Part shown: positions 26,097-40,230 of the stretch, one piece after another
Layout of the letters: every line of letters begins with the position of its first letter
Position numbering within the stretch: the stretch's first letter is position 1
Source: Callorhinchus milii
Taxonomy: Eukaryota
Length of the DNA stretch: 64,000 bases
NCBI RefSeq assembly: GCF_018977255.1
Contig: NW_024704742.1
Coordinates: 5,768,001-5,832,000, forward strand
Reading direction: 5' to 3'
Program-made: the position numbers and the translations under genes
The notes under the pieces: model-generated
Told to the model about the DNA's origin: nothing
The model's database searches: none
Seen by the model: the letters and a program-made list of their open reading frames with translations, nothing else

Positions 26097-27335
26097 GTTG
26101 ATCTTTTGGACCGGGCCTCGTGTGAGAATCCATGGAATGTTCAACGTTGAAAGGAAGCTGCCGATCGAGAGACACTTAGTACCACTGGACTCTGAGAAGC
26201 TCCAGGCAGCGAGCCACCCTAGTGTCGCCCAGTGTAAGGATTATGGAATGGGTCTTTCAGCTTGTGCTGGAGCACAGAGAAAGGCTTATTTGCTCACTTC
26301 AAAACACTTGTGTTTCTTCTGAGACGCGAATGAGAGCTTCAGAACCAATCGACACGGCACACACCATCTTGTAAGTGGAAAAAAAGGTGGGCACGGAGAG
26401 CTTCCCTATTTGTTTTTGTAAGGAATGGCTTCTCAGGGAATTCCTTTTGCAATGGTTAACTAAGCCATACATTCATTCATTGTTGTCTACTTGTAAAGTG
26501 CAGTGGGAATAAATGCTTCTATGAATGTTACTTTCTTGTGCGACGGATGGGTAGCGAACCTGATGCTGTGTGCACTGAATTTTGTGTAATTACATCTTTT
26601 TTTTAAAAAAGTGCTAAAAAGTAAAAGATTTATTTAGTTTCCAGCTTCATTTTGAAAACATAACTGTGCAATATCGTGCATGATAAAATAATCCTAAATC
26701 TGAGTAAATATGTTTCTATGTGGTTTATGATTCGCTTGAATCAAAATTGTGGAAACTATGAAAACTTTTATCTGAGAGATCTTTATAGATCTACACTATA
26801 AAGACTATATTGAAGCTGCAGAAATTTCTTTTGTCTATTTCAGGAGCATTCATTAAACAGACATAGCAAAATCAGTTTAGTTTATTTTTTTATATAACAA
26901 CACACTTTCATATTTATTTATTCAGAACAACGGCCCATGTCCTTATTCAGCACTGTTATTGAGGGACCCAGTCTATTACTACAATCGTGCTTTCTGCCTT
27001 TAGTCAAGACAAAATTTCACCCACAAATATACTTTATGTTTAATTCACTTTACAGCATATTCTGTGAAGCACTTTGAGATGTCTTGAAGATGCGATAAGG
27101 TGTTATATCAAATGCAAGGATTATTATTAAGACAAGCTGCCAATCACTTTTTAAATTTTCTCTTAAATAAATGTCTCTTCAAATGAATACTTCTGAGATG
27201 AAGATTACAAATTAAGTCGTGCTTTTTTTTGCATTAGTTGCCAATAAGAAGTGAAATGCAGTACATTGGAACTGAAAGGTTTACACATACTTTGAATTAT
27301 TGGACACTTATTAAATGGATCAAAGAAAACTTGAC
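26097..27335 (+). other. MFHAS1: Probable terminal exon / 3' UTR of MFHAS1
   Basis: Acceptor tgtcttctctttctag ends at 26096 (alternative ccttttttatag ends at 26022). AT-rich sequence follows, with AATAAA at 27166 and ATTAAA at 27310 then a GU/U-rich tract. Boundaries are inferred. Confidence 0.45.
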
Positions 27336-27436
27336 CTGCTTTCATGTGTGGATTTTTTTGTTAATGTACTTTAACAGATGCTTGTTTTTTCTACTTTGAA
27401 CTGCAACAACTCTAGTTAATTTGTGAGTTTGCCTGT

Positions 27437-28205
27437 GTGATCACTCTATCCTCCTCCATGGCCTCTTCTCTCACCTCAACCTTCATGGTTCTGTTCTGGG
27501 ATGGTTCAGATCGTACCTCTCACCCCGCCTCCACTTCATCTCTACAAACAGCTTCTCCTCCAGCCCCCGTACCGTCTCGTGTGGCGTTCCTCAGGGCTCT
27601 GTCCTTGGTCCCCTCCTCTTCAACATCTATATGCTCCCTCTTGGTGACATGGGATCAACTTCCACCTGTATGTGAATGTCACCCAACTGTATCTCTCTGC
27701 CTCCACTCTTGACTCCAGGACCACTGCTGTCCTGACAGAATGTCTGTCAGACATCAAGTCCTGGATGAGAGATAACTTTCTTTAGTTGGAACATCAACAA
27801 GACCGAGGCCCTCCTGAGTGGCTCCCGTCAGTGCCTCCACACCTCAGGCGCTGACAGCATCACCACCCACGGATGCACACTCCACCTCACTGAGCAGGTC
27901 CAGAACTTTGGCATCTTGTTTAACCCTCAACTATCCTTTCTACTCCACATCCGTGCCATGTCTCGCTCTGCCTTCCCCACCTCCGCAACATCACCCGGCT
28001 CCGCCACTGTCTCACACCGCAGAAAGCCTGATACACGCTTTCATCCCATCCAGGCTCGACTACGCAAACTCCCTGCTTGTCGGCCTTCCCAACTCCTCCC
28101 TTCATAGGCTGCAGATCATCCAGAACTCTGCAGCCCGTGTTCTCTCCCGCACCAGGCTCCGTGACCCTATCATCCGCATCCTCGCCAGACTCCACTGGCT
28201 TCCCA
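27437..28205 (+). mobile_element. L2 LINE RT fragment
   Basis: Closely similar to 52950-53725 ([35 protein letters not shown]); ends just before the minisatellite. Confidence 0.9.
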
Positions 28206-28225
28206 TCATCACCTTCCTTTTTGAT

Positions 28226-28945
28226 TGTGAGACAGTGTGTGTGTGTGGTTCACTGTGAGACTGTGTGTGTGTGGCTCACTGACAGTGTGTGTGTGTGTGA
28301 CTCACTGTGAGACAGTGTGTGTGTGACTCACTGTGAGACAGTGTGTGTGTGACTCACTGAGACAGTGTGTGTGTGACTCACTGTGAGACAGTGTGTGTGT
28401 GACTCACTGTGAGACAGTGTGTGTGTGACTCACTGTGAGACTGTGTGTGTGTGACTCACTGTGAGACTGTGTGTGTGTGGCTCACTGTGAGACAGTGTGT
28501 GTGTGGTTCACTGTGAGACAGTGTGTGTGTGACTCACTGTGAGACTGTGTGTGTGTGTGACTCACTGAGACAGTGTGTGTGTGGTTCACTGAGAGTGTGT
28601 GTGGTTCACTGTGAGACAGTGTGTGTATGTGTGGTTCACTGTGAGACAATGTGTGTGTGTGGTTCACTGTGAGACAGTATGTGTGTGTGGTTCACTGTGA
28701 GACAATGTGTGTGTGTGGTTCACTGTGAGACAGTGTGTGTATGTGTGGTTCACTGTGAGACAATGTGTGTGTGTGGTTCACTGTGAGACAATGTGTGTGT
28801 GTGGTTCACTGTGAGACAGTGTGTGTATGTGTGGTTCACTGTGAGACAGTGTGTGTGTGTGGTTCAGTGTGAGACAATGTGTGTGTGTGGTTCACTGTGA
28901 GACAGTGTGTGTGTGTGTGGTTCACTGTGAGACAGTGTGTGTGGT
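28226..28945. repeat. Minisatellite CACTGTGAGACAG(TG)n(GTT/ACT), ~24-32-bp units
   Basis: About 25 tandem units with a variable (TG)n tract. Confidence 0.95.
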
Positions 28946-31900
28946 GTCAGTCTGTTCGACCTCCCTCCCAGCTGAAGGATGGCCTCTTCACTACCCTGCG
29001 CGACCAATCCGACATTCCTCACGGCGTATTCCCTTCCCAGTGAACGTCTGCAGATTATTCCAGCCATCAATCTAATTCTCGGGCGTTCCCAAATGACCTA
29101 CGGCGATGAATGCACGGAGAGAAAGTGCCAGGGTTTATTGCAATCGCCAGAGCAAACCTGATTGAGTACGGCCTGGATTATCTTCACTGAGCTGAGTGTT
29201 AGTTTTGTGGTGGGGTGAGTGGGGAAGGGATGTAGTGTTTGGCTAATATGTTTGGCAGTGCTGTGTTTGTCACGAGCTCCGCTGTAACTGATTGATCTGG
29301 AAGCTGCTGCCGGGGTAACGGTAACAAACTGGAGTAAAGGCTGGGGGTTCTCGGCTGCCCGTGGGCGGACTACCCTGACCGCGGCTCTCTCTGACTCCCG
29401 GTCACCCGGCTGGAACGGTGCCGCTCGCTGTTTGAACTGTTGGGAGGTTCCTGCGTTTCTGTTTAACCAGTTGGTGAGATGCCCATTTCCTCGGGGGCTG
29501 AAGGGCACATCGGTGTGGGCGTCGATACGTCGATCCAATGGTTCCCCGACGCCGGCGAGGCTGCCCACAGCTGCCCCAGGAGGAAGACCGGCTCCTACCT
29601 GGAGAGGTAAGTACGGCCCGGCTTCACGGGGGGGGTGGGGGTGGTGTCTCCCGCCACCTTGCACGCGATTCCTGGCCGACCTTTGACTGCAGCGTACTTT
29701 CACGCCGGTTACCTGCGTCAGCGATTTGGGGACACGCTTCGTGTCGTAATGGCTCCTGGCGTAGAAAGCGCCAGGAACCCTCGTGGGTTGTCAACGACGG
29801 AGAGCGGCAGAGAACCGCAGCAGGAAAATAACCGTATTTTGAAACGAGAGGGTCTGAGTACAGCAGTGACTGCCGTGGCCTTGTGTGTACGGGCCCTCCC
29901 CTTCCCCTGGGAATGCAGAAATTCGAGCTCTCCCGAATGACCTGCGGTGTAAAGGCACTCAGCGCTGGACTGGGAGACAACCGAACTCCCTCTGAATTAG
30001 GGGAGGGGAGAATCAACCAGGAACTGTCTATCCAGAGGTGACGCCACCATCCTTCTCTTCATCTTATTTTGTGAGCCTTGTCCCAGTTGTAATTGGATTT
30101 CTTTTTCACTCTTTTAAACCAGGCACATCTTGACCAACAACACTATCGTCTCTTGAGCGTCTGGTCCTAAGCTCGGATGCTCCCCTCCCCTCCCCCTAAA
30201 CACGTGAAACACAGATGTGTCTCTTTGAAACCAGGCACCTAAGCAATCTCTGTGTTATTGTGATGGGAAAGACGGGGACAGACCTGAGACAGTACAGAGG
30301 CGAACACAGTGACTTGTAGGAATCAGAGCAATTATGGAACAGAAGGCGGGAGGTTGACTCATCAAACCAAGCCATCAAGCCAAGCCATCCACTCAATCCA
30401 CCACTGTTTGTGGGGACGCTGCTGTGTGCAATTGGCTGCCTCATTTCGCCCACAACATATACAGTCAATTCACTTTGCAGTATATGCTGTGAAGCGCTTT
30501 GAGACGTCTTGAAAACGTGATGAGGCGCCGTATCAAATGCAAGGATTATTATTATTATGAAAGCTGAGCACAGTGATTGTCTATGCTCCCGCTATTTTTG
30601 CCCTTGCCCACCAGTGTCTATAGAACTAAATTAATGTATATATAACTACATACTTACGACAATCAGTATATACTGAGCTTTTCTATTACTAATGGACATC
30701 ACTGGATTAATAAATTGAGTGACCAACTTATTTATTATTATGTTCATTTATTATGTCTATTACTCAAAAGTCGGAAAAACGGAATAAAAAGAAGATTCAT
30801 GCCGATCAGCCAATTATTTCTCGTTGGGGCTTGTCGAAACCCGGTAGAATCTCATCGTGTATATCACAGGACAGAACCCAGGGGTTTTGATAGCCATGTA
30901 TCTGACATGGTTGGCCTGAGCTTGTCCTTTATAATAGGGACACGGCTGTCGGTGTGTCCTGCGATGATGATAATAATAATAATCCTTGCATTTGATATCA
31001 CAGCCTTATCACAGCTTCGAGACTTCTCCAAAGCGCTTCACAGGATATACTGTAAAGTGAATTGACTGTATGCTTTGTGGGCGAAACACAAAACAGTCGA
31101 CATAACAGGTGGCATTACTTAGCATAGAATTTAGGGTGGAACTGCCACTCCCGCCCTCCCCCCTTTATGGGCACCAATGCCTCTCCATCCATCTTATCCC
31201 TGTCTCCATAGTGGCTACGGCGCTCACTGCCCTGGGACACACATAACTGGTGAGAGGTTACAGCTTGGATGACCTCATTCACTACATAACAAGGTAGTTT
31301 GCCTTAACGTTGCATTTACCAACGTATCTCCATTTACTAACAAAGCAATATTTACTAATGCTTTATTGGTACAGTAGTGTTTACAGATGCCGTAGAGTTT
31401 ACCGCCCAGCAACAGGTTCTGAGCACCGGGTCTCGTATTACTTGTGGAGACCAGCTGCTGAAGTTCAGACTCGGGTTCTGATATTTCTGCAAAGGTTCGT
31501 CTGTTGGTTATTAAACATTTCTATCTACATCCAAACAGCTCGAATATATTACAGGACATACAACAACAACAATAACAAGAGAGCCTATCTCAGGATTGCT
31601 ATTTGTTGGATATCCCTTTAAGAGTAAATAGACAATTAACTAGTATAACTAGTATAAAAAGGGATTCCCGGAGAACAACTGGATGATATTCAATTTGGAG
31701 TGTCTGGGGAGCAGAGAATAAAAGATTTACTTAATACGCCAGTATTGTGGATAGAGAATCATTACATGGTTCTTTTTATACTTGCGTTGGTTCCCAGTTA
31801 ATTATCTATTTACTCTTAAAGAGTTAACCAACGACTGTGCTCTGAGTTTGTGTTTTATCTGGTGCTGAACTTGTACCCATCTCCAGACCCTGTACAGATA

Positions 31901-32217
31901 ATAATATTAATAATAATGCTTGCATTTGATATAGCGCCTTATCACATCGTTGAAACGTCTCAAAGCGCTTCACGGAACATACTGTAAACAAACTCCCGAG
32001 GGAGATGGTGGAAGCAGATAGTGTCAATTCATTCAAATGCAAATTAGATAATTTCTTTCAGAAAATAATATTTGGGGAATACAGTCTATGAGTCATTCAA
32101 GACATGGCAAGTGTCGTATGGCTTGAAAGAACTAGGAAATTTGGCATCTAAAGCTCCCAAAGCTTTCCACTGTGATGGTAGACCAATCCATACAGAATTA
32201 ATCGCTATCGATATGTG

Positions 32218-32543
32218 GAGTCCTGTAGCTCAGTGGTTAGAGCACTCGCTTTGCAAGCGAGAGACCTGAGTTCAATTCCAGGCAGAGGGCGAAACCTTGG
32301 GCAAGTTTCCTTACTCCACACAGAGCCTAATAATAATCCCTCCAAAAACCCAAAACAATAATAAATTGGTCATTTTCAATCTACGACTGTTTGTGGGACA
32401 TTGCTGTGTGCAATTGGCTGCCGCGTTCGCCCAGAAATATACAGTCAATTCACTTTACAGTGTGTTCTGTGAAGCGCTTTGGGACGTCCTCCCGACGTGA
32501 AAAGCGCTATATCAAATGCAAGGATTATTATTATTATTATTAT
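32218..32543 (+). mobile_element. Full-length tRNA-derived SINE with L2-type tail (young short subfamily)
   Basis: A box tagctcagtggttagagc, TTTGCAA anticodon-like loop, B box gagttcaattcc, core tgtttgtgggacattgctgtgtgcaattggctgccgcgtt, L2-like stem-loop tail and (TTA)n. Confidence 0.92.
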
Positions 32544-35500
32544 AATATCTCCATTATTATAGCATGCGACTATTAGGATGGTAGAAGATGGACGAGATGG
32601 ACCTTGGTCTGTTTTTTCATCCAGCAATTCCTACGTTACTCAAGTGAATTGACTCTATTTTGTGGGTGAAAGCGGCAGCTGATTGCGTAGAGCAGAGCAG
32701 AAAGACAAGAGGACAGGTTCAGTGTTGCAAATGACAATTTCAGGATCAATATCAGGAAGTTATTTCTTTACTCACAGTGGGGTCCCTGTGCTGGTATGGG
32801 TTGCAAGGAAGTGTCTTTGAAGCCAGGACTTTGAACTAATCTAAGAAACAACTTATAATGATATAAATGAATAAAGATATATATATATATGATTGAAGCA
32901 TCTTGAGATCTTGTGAGATGCTGCAGCTACAATTTCCTCACGGTAAAGCCCGACACCTTGTGGCTTAACTGAGCACTGTAAAAGCAACTTTAAAACATAT
33001 CCCAGTGTCGTCGCTTTTCACTGTTACAACACTGGAAAATAATTACGCCCTGGAAACCCAGGGAATGTGAGTTTTAATCCTCTTTCCCCCTCTTCCTCCC
33101 CGTGATGAACTATTAGCCACCGGACCTGTCAACAAACTAACCAATGCCTGAGGGCTGAGCTTTCTTCATTCCATTTAAAACCTGAGCCACAGTTGACCTC
33201 CGACACCAGGCTTTCCCAGTTTTATTACCTTCTTTATTGAGCTTGTGGAACGGTTTACCTATAGCTGTGAGCCTGCTGGACAGCTTGATACTGAGGGGGA
33301 TGCAATACGTTCTGTAACAGTACATCACATTTGTACCGGGCCTTTCATGTCAGGAGGACGTCCCAAGAGGCTGGACAGTCAGGTTTACGCACCCGAGCTG
33401 GTGGTTGGGATCAGGAGGGCTGGAGGGCGGGGAGGGGAGGGTAGGGGTAGGAGGTTGACCGAAGACACGGGCGAAGAGAAGGGTCTTGAGACGGATCTTG
33501 AAGGAGGAAGGGAGAGGGCGAGGTGGAGGGACTGTGGGATGGAGATCCAGAGGGCGGGGGCGGGGGTGGGGGGGGCAGAGTGGCTGAAGGTGAGAGAGAG
33601 AAAAGTGAGTTAACGTTTCGTCAGAAAGATCACCGACCTGAAACGTTAACTCACTCTCCTCTCTCCATAGATGCTGCCTGACCTGCTGAGTGTTCCCAGC
33701 GACTCCTGTGTTTACGTTACATAAATAATGGTTTAACGTGAAACCGTTTATTCCCCGAGACAAACATCAAAATGTATACAGGTTACTTGAGCACTGCCCT
33801 CTCAATCTGTGTTTTCCCATCAGGTATTTTGACACCCACCCGAATACGAGAAGGGAATGGATTGCTGACACCGAGGGGGTAAGTACAAAATATGTTCACA
33901 CTCAAAATACACACTCACTGCAAGGGTTCCCACTGCTTGTTGAGCTAAGACCACCCTGTTCGTTAGGGCTTTAGCTTGCAGGGTCACTCCCTGTCACTCC
34001 CTGCCCCGGTGACTGGTCTGCCCTTCCACGTTATCAACTGGGGAGGAGACGAGGGGGGAAGAGGGGTAGAAGTCTCCTCAACGCTGCAGTGTATAAAGAA
34101 AATCATTCTTCGCCACGACCTCAAGAGCTTGAGGTCTCTCATCCTTTCTGTGTAGGGAGAAAATTCAAGGAAAACGCTCTACAAACGCACGGTCACTGCA
34201 GTTCACAGCTATCCCGTGAATTATTTTGACGAATTGTTATGTCAAATGCAGGGATTGCTTTTGTCACCGTGGTTAAGGCACGTGGAGACATATTTAGCTG
34301 TGCGGGTGTCAGACGCCAGTGTTTTAGCTCCTGCCCTAGGTTTCCAGGCTGAGACGATCAATCTTTGTGCCCAAGTCCAAGGTGTGAGGCAGAGATACAC
34401 AATTCCCGTACATTCCATAGTCAGGAACAGAGAGGAAATCATTATTATTAACCCCCCAAATTGACAGTAGTCTATTCACCTCATTAAATTAGATCAACAT
34501 AAAGGTCTGTTGTTTCAAACAATGATGACTGACATGAAAATATCTGCGGTATCAGAGGATAACAGTGTATTCACAATGAAGGTACTATTGTTCAGGATTA
34601 ATCTAGTATTTTGAAATATACTGACAGTGTATTCTCTCTAATACACTGGTGTTACTCTAATATCTGTTATTCTCTCCAAATACCCAATGCCTTTGCTTCA
34701 CTGCCCCAAGTGTTTCCATTAAGTGCTTGAGTGGGAATTGATTTGATTCTGCCCTCCTTTGAAGGGAAGAAGCAAGTGAATAGTTAACCATAGATAAAAG
34801 GCCCGTCAATTTATTTTATTTTGCAATCCAGTCATTGCTACAGCAATCCTGGTTACCGGGAGGGGGAGGATGGGGGTTAGAAATCTCTTGAATGCTGCAC
34901 TGGTTGTTAGTCGATTGGCGGATCACTTTTCCAGGGGTAATAATTCCTTCAAAATAAAAATTAATAATAATAAATTGGTCACTTCAATCCACGACTGTTT
35001 GTGGGACACTGCTGTGCGTAATTGCCTCTGCGTTTCACCCACAAAATATACAATCAATTCACTTTACAGTACATTCTGTGAAGCGCTTTGAGACGTCTCG
35101 AAGACGTGATAAGGCGCTATACCAAATGCAAGCATTATTATTATTATTATTCCAAACAAAATGATTCTTCACAACAAGCAACAACCACGAGGCTCTTATC
35201 GTTTCTGTGTAGAGAGGAAATTCAGCAAAATGCTCAGCGGGAACCACAAGCACCACTGCACCAGCAACGGGGAATAAAACAAGCAACGAAGAAAAGATAA
35301 ACGAAGAAGCAAAATGTAAGTATTATAGGTGACTGTCTGTACTCAGACGGATCAGTCTCCCAACTGCCTGCAGCCTGAACTTGCAGCCTCTTTGATACAG
35401 AAACAGAATTATCAGATGTATTGAGTGCACTTCATGCACTCGATATATCGAGGCACTTAAACAACAACAACAACAACAAACCCTCTGTGGAGTCTCTAAT

Positions 35501-37131
35501 CCTTTCCTGAGGTGGGTGAGTCTGCAGTGCTTTTTGACTGCAGTGACAGGTTATATTGTATGTCTGTCTGCATCTATGTTAACAAATAATTGGTCTCTCA
35601 TTTTGTTTCACTCAGGTGAAAATTCCTATTATCTCCCTGTCCAGGACAAAACTGAACCAGGCGGTCAGGCAACAGTTGCAACCACAAGAAGCTTCGAAAA
35701 TGCATCTAAACGATCCTCGGTCTGTGCGGTTCTGTAGGGAAGTGGAATCTCACTCCACTTGGCGGGCTCCGGCCTCCCTAATTGTCCCTCGTGCCCTCCG
35801 TTCCATCATCGGTGGCCGTGCCTTCAGCCACTACGCCCCAAAATTCTGGAACTCTCCCTCAATCCCTCCGCCTTGCCCCCTCCCTCCCTTCCTCCCTCCC
35901 TCCCTCCCTTCCCCACCTCAAATCCCTCCTGAAGACCTTCCCTTTTTGATCGTGTTTACGGTCACCTCCCACCTCCCTCTCCCCCTTGGCTCGTTGTCAG
36001 ACTCCACCGCTGACAAGCTTTCTGGGACACTAGCCCACGTGAAGGGCGCTGCATAAACCCAAGTTCTTGTTGTTGTTGTTGTTGTTGAGCAGAGCAGAGC
36101 TTTTAAAGGGCTTCCATTCAAAGTGTTGCGGAGTCGACTGGAAGTATTTTCAATATAGGAAAGGGGCTTCGACTGTCAGAGATTGAAATCAGATTTTAAA
36201 TGGGTTGCTACTCCCGTCAGAAAATGGCACATTGCGAAAGCTCACGTCCTGAAATGACTCCACAGTGACCAGTATTAAATCGTACTACAGCATTTTACCG
36301 TTAGGGTATCAGCTGTGTTCAGTCCATTGCCATTAACACAATCGTACAACACAGATCAAACTGGACAATACAATATAAAGTACTTTACAAAATCGGGTCA
36401 ACCTCTGTGGTCAACTTTGGGTCTTTCAAGCACTGTGTTCCCAACATTACGTGGGGGGGGGGGGAAGGTAAGGGGGCTGTTAATGCACATGGTATATTGT
36501 TTATATAATACATTTTTAAGACTGTATTGTATGACGAACGTAGCCAGTCAAATGAAGTTAAGCATCACTGCACATTTATAATAACAATGCACCAATAGCT
36601 ATTGTGCATCTTTTGCCGTCATCGTGCCTCAAAGAACTTCACAGGCATTTAACCGTAAAGTGTAGCAGCTGTGCACGCAGGCTGTTCGGAATCAGCGCCT
36701 TGCCCCCCCCCCCCCCCCCCGCACATGGTCTTATTTTATTTTTCAATTTATTCTCCCGCATACTTGGCGCAGAAATCGTGTAAAAACAATATTAAGCGAA
36801 GAGGGGAAGGACGTGCGTCACAGCTGAGCCAAATTTTGTCACGTGCTGCACTTTCTGGAAAGGGGCACTGCGCCGAGGAGCAGGAACTCTGCCTGATTTC
36901 CCCCCTCCTTAACCCAGTGACACCGAGATCCTGAAGTACCCCAGAACTCACCCGGCCGAGAGCAACTTGCTCAGTACAATCCGAGGCAGAAATTCCTGGT
37001 CTCCAATCAGATTGGGGAATTCTCCCCCTATAGCACTTTCTCAGCGTCTGTGAATAAACAGAGGCAGGAAAATGTTGCCCCAGAGTTTACTCCATTGCGG
37101 TCCCACTGGAAATATCAGTGGGGCCCAGTCC

Positions 37132-37503
37132 AGGAATCCTGTAGCTCAATGGTTAGAGCACTCGCATCCGCAAGTGAGAGGACTTGGGTCCGATTCCCAG
37201 GAGGGTGATACATCAGGCAAGTTTCCTTACTCCACACACCTGTTTACCCAGCAGTAAGTAGGAACCTGGTTGTTAGTCGATTGGCGGATGGCTTTTCCAG
37301 GGGTAATAATTCCTTTTTAAAAAAAATTGGTCACTCAATCCTCAGCTGTTTGTGGGGACGCTGCTGTGCGCAATTGGCTGCCGCGTTTCACCCCCAAAGT
37401 ATAGTCAATTCACTTTGCAGTGTATCCTGTGAAGCGCTTTGAGACGTCTCGGAAGACGTGATAAGGCGCTATATCAAATGCAAGGATTATTATTATTAAT
37501 AAT
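37132..37503 (+). mobile_element. Full-length tRNA-derived SINE (long subfamily)
   Basis: A/B boxes, tttacccagcagtaagtaggaacctggttgttagtcgattggcggat segment, core, tail, (TTA)n. Confidence 0.9.
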
Positions 37504-39283
37504 GAAAACCTCGGTTGTGCTCCAGTGATTTCCTTTAATAGGCCACCTTCTTCATTAAGTAAGGTATCTCAGTGAACCTTGACTTGGTCATACTTCTGAG
37601 GTGATTCTAGGATCTCGTTCGCCCACCAGTTGGTAGATTGCAACGCAACAGTAAAGTGTACCCAGAATAGGAAACTGTTGAAATATTGCAGACTGGAGAC
37701 CGGAGGCAAAAACAAAACGTAACCTATTTGAATTTAAAAATCAGATTTTAATTAGCAAAACCAAACAAGAGGCACTGAGAATAATTTGCTTGAACATTTT
37801 CCTTTCTGCTCAAATGCTCACAAAGAGAACAAAGTCACCAGTACGAATACAATACACTCCTGATAACGCAACCCTGGCTTAACTTGTCACTACCACTTAA
37901 GTCATCAGGCTGTCAATATCCCGGCCCCATTTATTGGTGTATTTATACGTGCGGCTAATTCGCCACTCGTTATAACTCGCCACCGAAACCTTTTCTGGTT
38001 AATTCGACATGTTCATACAACTGCTCAATTACCTCTGTGGTCTCACTGAGGTGGATCGCTATTTGTGAGGTCTTAAGGGATACGGGGCAAGGGCAGGTAA
38101 TCGGACTTGAGGTACAGATCAGCCATGATCTCATAGAATGGCGGAACAGGCTCGAGGGGCTGAATGGCCTACTCCTGTTCCTGTGTGTCACGGGGAGCAT
38201 CAGCTTCCATTGCTTTTGTGCATCTGTTGGGGCAGGACAGCGTGACCTTGACATAAGAGGCTTGCTTGGTCGCTTGGTCATCCGACGGTATGTGGAAACT
38301 GAAGGAAGCTTAGAAAAATATTAAGATTATGGCTTTTAGGGGAGGACAAATGTTAACCGTATGAATAACCAAAAAATGAGCATCAATACGTCATCATGTA
38401 ATGTCCTGAAGCACACATGAAAAGTGTTAGCATTTTTATTCCGTAATTAAGTTTGCTTAATAAAATTGCAACATGCAATTATGCTGAAAGCGTGTTCAAT
38501 AATACCGGCTTCACTGTCTTTCCAGGTTAGAAAAGGAGAGAAGGCTTGGACCACATAAACAAAGTAACGTCAAAATAGTTAAGTGGCTGCGAGGCTAGTA
38601 GAGTAAGCTGTTCTGATTACATGCTGCGTGCCAAATATTTGTCACACTGAAGCTCTCCGCGCGCAGCATGAATTCATACAGACCCACAGAAAGTAAAGAC
38701 AATGCACACAGTGGATTCACATGAATAGCATTCTGACAACTTGCCACAGTTCGTCAAACTCTTTAACGTGCTGAAGTTCGATCATGCATTCAGAACTGAA
38801 GAACTCCCACATGACACGATAGACACTTCAGACTTTATGCTTTGTGTATCAGCTCCTGGAACTCTATCGAAAAAGGCCTGACACAAATTTTACACCTCGT
38901 AACCGCAGTGCCTGAGGGTTCAGGGGTTGTGAACCCATAAAGACGCGTCCTTTTCCTGCGTTAACGTTACGGAATAGTAATTTTCAGGTTTATTTTTCTT
39001 TCAAGTCAAATTTTCTAACTATTGCTATTGAGTTTCTACAGAGGACCGATGTCAATTGTCTTACCGTTTCATCCTCTGACCAGTATTTGTATCACGAAGA
39101 ACTAATAGTAGCGCACTGGTATGGAAATTGAAAAGTGAAACACACTACTGTAATCCTATGACTAAGAATCTATAAAATACCACAACAAAACAGAATGCTG
39201 CCGGGTCTCCAAAGCAACGTAGAGTCCTTTATAACATGTAAAAAGTGACCTGGGCTCAGAAGTGCCCAAGGATCGAGCCGCGA

Positions 39284-39526
39284 CTATTTTTTGTGCCATG
39301 GTGAGCGGGGAGGGGGCGCAGTTTCCAAAGGAGCAGTGCCTGGCACGCTCATGAGTTGCCCTGCATGCAGTGTTTCGTTCACTCGCAGTTCACAGCCATC
39401 CTGGAGCATCCGGATGGCAATTCGAGCGATATTTCGCGAATCATCCAGCCCCGAATGAGGTCGGCCTTCGTATTTCATTCCGAGCTTTTCAAGCATAGAA
39501 GTTAGTTTTGTCTGCATTCTGGAAAC
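39284..39526 (-). CDS. ERI1: ERI1 exon 7 (last coding exon of the DEDDh 3'-5' exoribonuclease)
   Basis: ctag|GTT TCC AGA ATG CAG...; VSRMQTKLTSMLEKLGMKYEGRPHSGLDDSRNIARIA...PWHKK*. All seven exons splice into 960 nt (319 aa plus stop). Confidence 0.95.
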   Translation of the reverse strand, partial: VSRMQTKLTSMLEKLGMKYEGRPHSGLDDSRNIARIAIRMLQDGCELRVNETLHAGQLMSVPGTAPLETAPPPRSPWHKK

Positions 39527-39799
39527 CTAGGAGAAGGTTAGAAAACCCACGTCAGATCATCAAGGTTTAGTAAAAAGCATCAAGACAATTGCAAGAGTAG
39601 AAAACGAAGCTTCGACCGATTTGTACGAAAATATTTGCCACACTGGTAGGAGGAAAAAGCACAAACTGCTAAACTACAAAGATCAAGTACAGTTTTGGAG
39701 AAAAGCAAACTGGAGAAACCCTCATGTCGCAGCAAATAGCACAAATACTACAGTACAATATACATTCAGTGGTTACTGTTCAACGGGCATTTCAGTGTA

Positions 39800-40067
39800 G
39801 AAATAATAATAATCGATGCATTTGATATAGCACCTTACATCTTTGAGACGTCTCAAGGGCTTTGCAGAATATACTGTAAAGTCACTTGACTGTACATTTT
39901 GTGGGCAAAACTGCACACAGCCAGGGATTGAGTGACTACATTTCTTAAAAGGAATTATTACCCCCGGAAAGCGATCCATCAATTGTCTAGCAACAGGGTT
40001 CCTACTTCTAGATAACAAAAGTGTGTGGAGTAAAGATACTTGACTAAGGTTTAGCCCCGCCTGGGAA
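39800..40067 (-). mobile_element. tRNA-derived SINE (long subfamily, diverged) in ERI1 intron 6
   Basis: Reverse-complement match to 37132-37503. Confidence 0.75.
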
Positions 40068-40230
40068 TCAAACAAATGCTAGAAACACTGATAAGAAAAG
40101 TTGCCTGCTTCCTGTGCACGCACACACGCGCACACAGACACAGCCCAGCACTGATCGTAGCCATTTTTGACAGTGTACACGATTATACTGTGGGTTATGA
40201 ATCCGTAAAAAGACAAAAAAAAGATCAAAC

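Noticed and set aside
32218..32290. tRNA-Ala(TGC)-like sequence (also at 52394, 21734, 37132)
   Set aside because: SINE heads: no proper acceptor stem, and each continues into the SINE body and tail.
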